Assembly: GCA_029974275.1 (NCBI GenBank)
Contig: JARKSN010000192.1
Location: 1 to 14,899 of the forward strand
From: Candidatus Hydrogenedentota bacterium
GTDB lineage: Bacteria; Hydrogenedentota; Hydrogenedentia; Hydrogenedentales; SLHB01
Length of the DNA: 14,899 nucleotides
Reading direction: 5' to 3'
Shown one piece after another: positions 8,290-14,899 of this stretch (the first letter of the stretch is position 1; the number at the start of each line of letters is the position of its first letter). Under the pieces are notes generated by a model. The model saw nothing but the letters and a program-made list of their open reading frames with translations, was not told the origin of the DNA and did not search any database. Made by a program: the position numbers and the translations under genes.

Positions 8290-9264
8290 TTAGTCTTCAC
8301 CTTTACCCTCGGCGACAGAGCGGGGCGACCGGCGTATTGTGTGATCGTGCCGCACATCCAGACCGGCCCGGACATCTTTCCTAAAATCGCTCGGAGTGCG
8401 CTGTGTATAGTGCTTGAATGCTCGACTGAAGGCGTAGACGCTTCTAAACCCCGTTGCTTCGCCAATTTCGGTGATACGCATTTCGGTCGAATGGAGCAAT
8501 TGGATTGCCCGATGAATTCGACGAAAAAGGATATGCTGGCCCAGGCTGCCGCCAGTGGCTTGGTGATACAGTCGACGTAAATGTCCCTCGCTCATGCAGA
8601 GCATTGCGGCCAATTCCGCGATAGTGGGCGAATCGTCGAGATGCTCGTCAACCAACTGCACAATCCGTTTCAAAAGACTGGCGTACTCACTATGAGAGAG
8701 GGTTCCAGGAATTTTCGGCTCGGCGCGGGCGACCAGTTCCTCAAGAAGACCGGCCAGTGCAGGGCCCACGCCGGTTGTAGAGACGCGCCTCTGATCCAGC
8801 ATTTCCTGGTAACGCTCGGCGATGGTGCAAAGCAAGGCGTAGCCTGCCGATGGCAAGGTTGCCACGGTTTCCCGTAGGCGGGCCAGCGGCTTGGCATCGT
8901 CGATAACAAAACTCACGAAGAGCCAGAGAATCGTTTGGGCGTCGAAGCATTCAAAACGGTAGGCTTGATCGGGAAAGATCAGGAGCCCTTGGCCCGGCGC
9001 GAGCAGAAATGGTTTGCCATCGATCATCACGGTGGCCCCTGCCTTCAGGGAAATACTGAGCAGGAATCGCGGACAGACATAGTCCTCGTGGGTGATGGCC
9101 CGCCGGTGCCGGAAAACCAGGATGTCGCGTGGCAACATGGTCAAACAACCGGAGTATCCGCTCAAGTAGTTCGAAGGCCAAGGCAACGGCTTGACCAACG
9201 CCGCAAGTCTTCGCGCCTCCCGCCCAGTGATCGGATTTGTTAAATATTTGTCTGCTCTGGCCAT
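8290..9264 (-). CDS. AraC-family transcriptional regulator
   Basis: N-terminal cupin-like segment (IDGKPFLLAPGQGLLIFPDQ.Y) and C-terminal double HTH (TIAELAAMLCMSEGHLRRLY...RAIQLL...ITEIGEATGFRSVYAFSRAFK...TPSDFR). Confidence 0.95.
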   Translation of the reverse strand: MARADKYLTNPITGREARRLAALVKPLPWPSNYLSGYSGCLTMLPRDILVFRHRRAITHEDYVCPRFLLSISLKAGATVMIDGKPFLLAPGQGLLIFPDQAYRFECFDAQTILWLFVSFVIDDAKPLARLRETVATLPSAGYALLCTIAERYQEMLDQRRVSTTGVGPALAGLLEELVARAEPKIPGTLSHSEYASLLKRIVQLVDEHLDDSPTIAELAAMLCMSEGHLRRLYHQATGGSLGQHILFRRIHRAIQLLHSTEMRITEIGEATGFRSVYAFSRAFKHYTQRTPSDFRKDVRAGLDVRHDHTIRRSPRSVAEGKGED

Positions 9265-9426
9265 TCCCTTTTTCTCTCTCCACTGCTAGATTGTATTCAT
9301 AGTTTTGCGAGCTTTTCCACTGAGTATACAGGTTGTGCTTGACGATCGCGTCCTGCTTGATTCTTGGTCTGCTGAATCAGGCTTGGTCAAAACCACAGGT
9401 CTTGTGAACGGAAAAGGGGGCATCCA

Positions 9427-11373
9427 ATGTTTCAAAAGGAAAGTATGTGGGTGGTTGGGGCTTTGTGCGTCGTTTTCGCGCTCGGGCTGCTGGCGGGCCC
9501 TGCGGCTTTCGCGGTGACGCTCTTCTCCGACGATTTCGAGAGTGGCGGGTTTACCGCCGGTGGCTGGATCAATGAAGGCGCGCAGATGCAATACACCTAC
9601 AAGGTGAGTGGCACGTGGGCGGCTGAGGAAAACGCCACGGATAAGCTGACCAAAGCACAGAGCACCGCCGGATACGATACCATTGTTTTCAGCTATTGGC
9701 GCTACGGCCGCGCGAATACCTCGTTGAACAAGCTGTATGTCGAATACACAACTAACTATGGTTCGTCCTGGACAGCTCTTGAGAGTCCATCGGGCAACTT
9801 TGGATGGACAAACAAGGCCTATCTGCTTCCAAGTAGTTGCGCCAACAATCCATTATTCGGCATTCGGTTCCGTGGCGCAGGGGTGTCGGCGAGTCGCTGG
9901 TACATCGACGACGTCACCATTTCCGGGAATCAAATCCCTGTCAAGTACACATTGTCCACAAGTGTTACCGGCAACGGCTCGATCGCGCTGAATCCGACCC
10001 AGCCGCCTGATGGCTATCTGGCGGGCACGGTCGTAACGGTCACGGCATGGCCAAACTCCGGCAATAAGTTCAACGGTTGGTCGGGTGCGCTGGGGGGGCT
10101 GGACAACCCGCAGAGTATCACAATGACAAGCAACAAATCGGTGACGGCCAATTTTGTCTCACACCCGACAAACGCCAATACGACTAAGTATTGGGACTAC
10201 CGCAACACGCTGCGTTCGCGATATGTCATCGTGGCCGAGACGCAGGGCGGCAGCAACGTCGTTGAATACCGCATGGATCCCATCGGATTCATCAAGTGGT
10301 CCGACCAAACCTTCAGCTTGGGCTGGTACGTCGGCGTGCTCGCCACCGAGTACTACATGTTGAGCAACCCGCAGAACTACCCGGATTTCAACCAAGGCGA
10401 TCCCACCCGGTTGACCACGTGCCGTAACGAACTTTATTACGCCCTGAAGGCCCTGCAGCGGCTGGATGTCAACGCCGAGGCGAGTTTTGTGCCCGGCTGG
10501 GCGGACACCCCCGGGTTCTTCATCCGTGACGAAGTGCCGTTGGGCTTCCAAAGCAACTTCCCGGGCATGTCGGCGATGGAATCGGATTTCACAAGCACCA
10601 ACATCTACAACAAGGAAATGAGTCAGGACCAAGTCTACCACTTGATGATGGGTCTGGCGCAGGTCAAGAACTTCATTCCCGCGGGAACGACGGTCAACGG
10701 TTTCGATCTGCGTCAGTTCGCGATTAGTGAAGCAACCAATATCGTGACCCATATCAAGAACGGATCGTGGATCATCAAGAACCCGGTCACGGGCAACAAT
10801 GTGGCGCGCGGTCCGGACACGACCGCCTATTGCCACGGGTTGAACAAGGTGTTGGTGTTCATCACCGACGGCGCGACGGACTATGTCAACAATATCAGCG
10901 ACCTACAGAAGACACTGTGGAATCTCATGTCCGACCCGGCCAACCCCGCGTATTCGAACGAAGACAATCTGCATATGACGATGGCGACGGCGAGTTCCGG
11001 CAACGGCTGGGGCAACGATACGCTGGACAAAATGATGTCGCTGGGCAATCTGCAGGATTGGTGGCTGTACGTGTACAACTACGCGGCGCTGTTCAAATAT
11101 GTGGCCCAGGCCCAAACGAATTGGCCCGCACACCATCAGACGATCGACAACGCAGCAACCACCATGCTCGCCTTGGCCCCGTCAGCCCACGAGCCGCGTT
11201 ACCCGGTCGACCAAACTGATGTAGGCACCGGCTGGTGTGCGCCCAATAAGTTCTCGGACCCCATTGCCGATCAGTTCAACGGACGAAGCGGGGCGATTTA
11301 TCAGACCTATAGCGGACTGGACTATATGTTGCTGCACAATTTGGTATATATCGTCTCGCCAGCGCTTTACTAG
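9427..11373 (+). CDS. Secreted modular protein: beta-sandwich domain, InlB-B/Flg_new-like repeat, and an uncharacterised ~395-aa C-terminal domain
   Basis: Signal peptide ending AFA. A 'LFSDDFESG...WYIDDVTISG' jelly-roll/MAM-like module. A 'YTLSTSVTGNGSI...Y..GTVVTVTA.P.SG.KF.GWSG......NP..ITM..NKSVTANF' repeat module (9946-10155). The C-terminal domain starts at 10186. Confidence 0.85.
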   Translation: MFQKESMWVVGALCVVFALGLLAGPAAFAVTLFSDDFESGGFTAGGWINEGAQMQYTYKVSGTWAAEENATDKLTKAQSTAGYDTIVFSYWRYGRANTSLNKLYVEYTTNYGSSWTALESPSGNFGWTNKAYLLPSSCANNPLFGIRFRGAGVSASRWYIDDVTISGNQIPVKYTLSTSVTGNGSIALNPTQPPDGYLAGTVVTVTAWPNSGNKFNGWSGALGGLDNPQSITMTSNKSVTANFVSHPTNANTTKYWDYRNTLRSRYVIVAETQGGSNVVEYRMDPIGFIKWSDQTFSLGWYVGVLATEYYMLSNPQNYPDFNQGDPTRLTTCRNELYYALKALQRLDVNAEASFVPGWADTPGFFIRDEVPLGFQSNFPGMSAMESDFTSTNIYNKEMSQDQVYHLMMGLAQVKNFIPAGTTVNGFDLRQFAISEATNIVTHIKNGSWIIKNPVTGNNVARGPDTTAYCHGLNKVLVFITDGATDYVNNISDLQKTLWNLMSDPANPAYSNEDNLHMTMATASSGNGWGNDTLDKMMSLGNLQDWWLYVYNYAALFKYVAQAQTNWPAHHQTIDNAATTMLALAPSAHEPRYPVDQTDVGTGWCAPNKFSDPIADQFNGRSGAIYQTYSGLDYMLLHNLVYIVSPALY

Positions 11374-11396
11374 GGTCGGGCTTGGTTAATTAGTGT

Positions 11397-11424
11397 TCAG
11401 GGGGCGGCTTGTGCCGTCCCCTGA
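11397..11424 (+). terminator. Putative terminator or stabilising hairpin
   Basis: TCAGGGGGCGGC-TTGT-GCCGTCCCCTGA: 12-bp stem with one G-U pair, 23 nt after the stop at 11373. The U-tract is weak (GCTTGT). Confidence 0.55.
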
Positions 11425-11507
11425 GCTTGTATAGAGTGGAACGCACGGCGGACGGCCGGGGCGATCGTCCATTTCGTGGGAAAATCCAACCGTAAGGATA
11501 TTGCGAT

Positions 11508-14024
11508 ATGATAAAACTCCTGTTCATGGCATTGCTGGCGGGTTTGGCGGCGACGGCGTCGGCGGAAACGCAGTGGGTGGCGAAAGACCGGTTTGGAACC
11601 GTCCTGTTGGTCCAATCCGATTCGGCCAGCGCCTCCGAGCAGACAGCGGCCAAGGAAATACAGAAGTATTGGCGCCAAGTCACGGGGTACACCCCGGCCA
11701 TCATGTCCAAGCCATCAGAGCGTGCCGTGAACCTTTGGGTAGGCGCGGCGGGCGTGCCCGAGGCATGGCTCGACGCGACCACATTGACCGGCCTCGGCGG
11801 CCAGGGTATTTTGCTCAAGACGATCGACACGGCGAACATGCTCATCGTCGGCGGGCCGGATAGCGGCACATTGTACGCTGCGTATCAATTCATCGAAGAC
11901 GCGCTGGGCGTGCGTTTTCTCGCGCCGGACTACACCTACATTCCTCCGATGCCCGCGACCATCCCTTGCGTAAATCACCGTTTCGTCCCGCCGTTCGAAT
12001 ACCGCTACACGACCAATATGAACCGGGAACCGAATGTGTCCTACTACTTGCAGGCCCATCGCTTCAACGAAGGTCCTGGTTTTACGTGCCATAGCGTCTA
12101 TCACTTGCTCCCGCCGGAAAGGCACTTCAAGGATCACCCGGATTACTACAGCATGATTGACGGAAAGCGTATCGCGCCGACAGAGTTTGACTGGCGCGAT
12201 GTGCACATGACGCCAAGTCTGCTACGTCAGGTTGGCCAGCTCTGTATGACCAATCCCGCCACAATCGAGGCGCTGACCAAGGCTATTCTCGATCAGATCG
12301 ACAAAGCCCCCTCCAACAAATGGCCGCACATCAGCCAGATGGACTGGGAGAACTGGTGTGCGTGTGACACCTGCGCGGCAATCGATGCACGCGAGGAATC
12401 CCACATCGGCGCCACGCTCTTCGGCATCAACCAGATCGCCGAGAGCGTGGAGAAAGCCCGACCGGGATACGGTATCGAGACGCTTGCCTACACATTCACG
12501 CGCAAGCCGCCGAAATATATGAAGCCGCGCCCGAACGTCGCCATCAAACTGTGCAGCATCGAATGCGATTTCTCGCGCCCGCTCAGCGATCCAAATTCCG
12601 AACTCAACCGGAAATTCGCCGGCGACATCGAGAAATGGTCCAAGCTGGCCCCCCGCTTGCACGTTTGGGATTACACCACGAACTTCCGGAATTTCCAGAC
12701 CCCGTTTCCGAATTTCCACGTGTTGCAGCCCAATGTCCAGTTCTTCCTCAACCACAATGTGAGAGGCATTTTCGAGCAGGGCAGCATTGACCGCGGTGGC
12801 GAGTTCGCACCGTTGCGGGGGTATCTGCTGGCCAAACTCATGTGGAACCCAGAAGCGGACGTGAAGGCGCTCATGGATGAGTTCCTTCATTTGTACTACG
12901 GCGAAGCGGCACCGTATATCCGTGAGTACATCCAGTTGATTACCGATACCCAGAAAGCCAAAGGCGGCGTACTCATCTTTGCCGATCGTGGTTCCTGGAT
13001 CGATAAGGAGATGGTCGCCAAAGCCGAGATCATCTTTGCCAATGCGTTCACGGCCGTTGACGCATCCCCCCGCGCCCGCGAACTGCGCCCTCGCGTCGAG
13101 GTCGTCTATCTTCAGGTCCAATACAGCGCGCTCATGTGCCCGCCTGACGTGACGATTACCGAAAAAGATCTATCGCTCACACGCCCGCCGTCGCTCTCGC
13201 TTGAAGAATACGCGGCCACCCTCAAGAAGCACGGAGTGAAACACCCGCTTGATGGCCAGAATTTTGACGGGCTCTATAAGCAGATCGGCACGGTTACGCC
13301 CCCGCGCGCGTTCTCTTCGACGGTGCAAACGATCGCCAATGACCAGTACGAGGTCTGGGTCGCGCCCGAAGCGCAGGGGACCGTTTTGCGTTGGCGCGAC
13401 AAGAAACGCGGCATCGAGCTGATTCGCGGGTATGAAACCTACGGGCGGAAACCCGGCCAATGGCAAGACTGGGCTCTCGGCGGCGATCTGGCCGAAAAGC
13501 CCGCGGCGGACAAGTACGCTGTGGTCAACCATACGTCGGACTCGATTACGCTTCGCGCCACGCTGGCAAACGGCGTGGTTCTTGATCGCGTGATGACGCT
13601 GACCGGAGACGCGCTCGAAGTCGCGCTTACCTGCACGAATCCGACGGCCTCTCCACAAACCTCCGGCGTCAAGATGCATCCAGAATTTTGGACACAGGGC
13701 GCGAACAAACCGGAGGTCTGGGCGTTCGACGGCAAGACTTGGTCGCAGTTGAACAAGGACGTGAATCCGGAATTCAAGGCCTGGGGCCGACTCATTGACG
13801 ATGGTTCGATCAAACAGGCGGCGTTCTACTTGCCCAAGCAAAGAATCGGCATCGAGGGCCATTTCGAAAACGCGGCCGGTTTCCTGAGTTTCTTCAACAT
13901 CGGCAAGGACGCCGAACACGTGAACCTCGAGGTGTTGTCCTCGGTAACGCCGCTTGCGCCGGGTGAAACCCGGACGACGAAGGCCACGTTCTCCGTGGTG
14001 GAAAAACGTTCCGCGGAAAAGTAA
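11508..14024 (+). CDS. Exported DUF4838-domain protein (putative glycan-active enzyme) with a C-terminal galactose-mutarotase-like domain
   Basis: Signal peptide ASA/E. GH67/GH20-type N-domain (AAKEIQKY..QVTG; GTLYAAYQFIEDALGVRF; P.FEYR). DUF4838-type motifs H....LLPP..HFKDHPDYY, QLC.TNP, D...WC.C..C, TLAY..T..PP, VWDY..NF...PFPN, and YLLAKLMWNP...EFL..YYG.AA. Confidence 0.9.
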   Translation: MIKLLFMALLAGLAATASAETQWVAKDRFGTVLLVQSDSASASEQTAAKEIQKYWRQVTGYTPAIMSKPSERAVNLWVGAAGVPEAWLDATTLTGLGGQGILLKTIDTANMLIVGGPDSGTLYAAYQFIEDALGVRFLAPDYTYIPPMPATIPCVNHRFVPPFEYRYTTNMNREPNVSYYLQAHRFNEGPGFTCHSVYHLLPPERHFKDHPDYYSMIDGKRIAPTEFDWRDVHMTPSLLRQVGQLCMTNPATIEALTKAILDQIDKAPSNKWPHISQMDWENWCACDTCAAIDAREESHIGATLFGINQIAESVEKARPGYGIETLAYTFTRKPPKYMKPRPNVAIKLCSIECDFSRPLSDPNSELNRKFAGDIEKWSKLAPRLHVWDYTTNFRNFQTPFPNFHVLQPNVQFFLNHNVRGIFEQGSIDRGGEFAPLRGYLLAKLMWNPEADVKALMDEFLHLYYGEAAPYIREYIQLITDTQKAKGGVLIFADRGSWIDKEMVAKAEIIFANAFTAVDASPRARELRPRVEVVYLQVQYSALMCPPDVTITEKDLSLTRPPSLSLEEYAATLKKHGVKHPLDGQNFDGLYKQIGTVTPPRAFSSTVQTIANDQYEVWVAPEAQGTVLRWRDKKRGIELIRGYETYGRKPGQWQDWALGGDLAEKPAADKYAVVNHTSDSITLRATLANGVVLDRVMTLTGDALEVALTCTNPTASPQTSGVKMHPEFWTQGANKPEVWAFDGKTWSQLNKDVNPEFKAWGRLIDDGSIKQAAFYLPKQRIGIEGHFENAAGFLSFFNIGKDAEHVNLEVLSSVTPLAPGETRTTKATFSVVEKRSAEK

Positions 14025-14129
14025 CGGAAATACCTTGAAAAGAAACGGCAAAGAAACATGACTCATCAGACAATGCATAGCAGGCAAGATTATATCGTTG
14101 AAATATCCAACCCTTGAGGAGGGTATTCC

Positions 14130-14378
14130 GTGCGCAATTGGCAAGTGAGCGTGCTTCTTCTTTTCGTGGCATCCGCTTCCCCCGCGTGGGCGATCACCCT
14201 TGCCCATGAAGGGAAGAGCGACTACGTCATCGTCAAGCCGGAGAACTGTCCGCCGGTCGTCGATGCGGCGGCTTCGGACCTGCAGTCACACTTGGCTCAG
14301 ATCGCTGGGGTGGACGTTCGCGAATCACTCCGAGAGACACTGGAGTGGATGACCGAGGGCGGACAGCTGCGAAGGTGA
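14130..14378 (+). pseudogene. Truncated or chimeric exported protein (DUF4838-type N-terminus joined to a short tail)
   Basis: RBS GAGGAGG before GTG, signal peptide AWA/I, then ITLAHEGKSDYVIV.......AAASDLQSHLAQIAGV, the typical start of the GH67/GH20-like N-domain. It then switches abruptly to a 22-aa tail homologous to 8191-8259 and stops. Confidence 0.7.
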
Positions 14379-14500
14379 CAAGGCCACAAGGGCCTCAATC
14401 CTGACGAGGAAAGACGAACAGCGAATGGGTATAGCGTCTTTGAGGCGCCGTCACTACGTAGAGTCGCTACGTAAAAAGCTGTCAACCTGGAGGATCATCT

Positions 14501-14899
14501 ATGCGAATCGTTGCAACCTTCTTTGCAGTGTGCTTTGTGATATGCAACCAAGCGAGTGCGGCGCCGGCCCACTTATATGTGGCCTCGGACGGCAGTGATT
14601 CCTGGTCGGGCACGCTTGCGTCGCCGAACGCGCAGGGAACGGACGGTCCTTTTGCGACGTTGGAACAGGCGCGTGACGCGGTGCGCGCATTGAAGGTGAA
14701 ACAAGCGCTGCCGCAGGAGGGTGCGGTGATTCTTGTGCGAGGGGGCGATTATTACCGTGAAACCAGTTTTCTACTGGGACCGGAGGATAGTGCGCCGGAA
14801 GGGGGCTGTATTCGTTACGCGGCGTACCCGGACGAGCATCCGCGTCTGCTGGGGGGCAAGCCCGTGGGGCCGTTCGTTCCGGTGTCGGATGCAACCGTC
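14501..14899 (+). CDS. Exported right-handed parallel beta-helix protein (GH141-like N-terminus), partial
   Basis: RBS GGAGG. Reads MRIVATFFAVCFVICNQASAAPAHLYVASDGSDSWSGTL..PNA.GTDGPFATLEQARDAVR...VRGGDY...LGPEDS...IRYAAYPDEHPRLLGG and is open to the window end. Confidence 0.88.
   Translation, partial: MRIVATFFAVCFVICNQASAAPAHLYVASDGSDSWSGTLASPNAQGTDGPFATLEQARDAVRALKVKQALPQEGAVILVRGGDYYRETSFLLGPEDSAPEGGCIRYAAYPDEHPRLLGGKPVGPFVPVSDATV

Noticed and set aside
12222..14207. Minus-strand ORFs of 299 aa and 345 aa
   Set aside because: Antisense shadows of the DUF4838 gene.
14499..14894. 131-aa minus-strand ORF
   Set aside because: The real gene is the plus-strand partial CDS from 14501, which has an RBS, signal peptide and family motifs.
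1..14899. Defence systems, CRISPR arrays, tRNA/rRNA, prophage or retroelement genes
   Set aside because: No supporting motifs or periodic repeats were seen. The TPR protein is exported and lacks NTPase or nuclease motifs.

Overview
GC-rich bacterial accessory region for glycan or sugar use, interrupted by insertion-sequence debris. From left to right: the 3' end of an Ig-like (DUF5011-type) gene; an IS5-family left end with a truncated transposase (minus strand, absent from the ORF track); a four-gene operon encoding an exported DUF5107/TPR (YphG-like) protein plus a monosaccharide (CUT2/Rbs-type) ABC importer (permease, lipoprotein binding protein, ATPase); a scar containing an IS66 right end, a second IS5 left end and a 22-codon gene tail; an AraC regulator divergent from a run of exported proteins (a 648-aa modular protein with an uncharacterised C-terminal domain, a DUF4838 protein with a mutarotase-like C-terminus, an 82-aa chimeric remnant, and the start of a beta-helix protein). 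Two dispersed repeats were found by eye: 328-382 vs 8122-8176 (47/55 identical, IS5 ends bracketing the transporter operon) and 8191-8259 vs 14310-14378 (homologous peptide tails). The gene content suggests Candidatus Hydrogenedentes or a PVC-like lineage, which is inference only. Family assignments come from motif recognition, not database searches.
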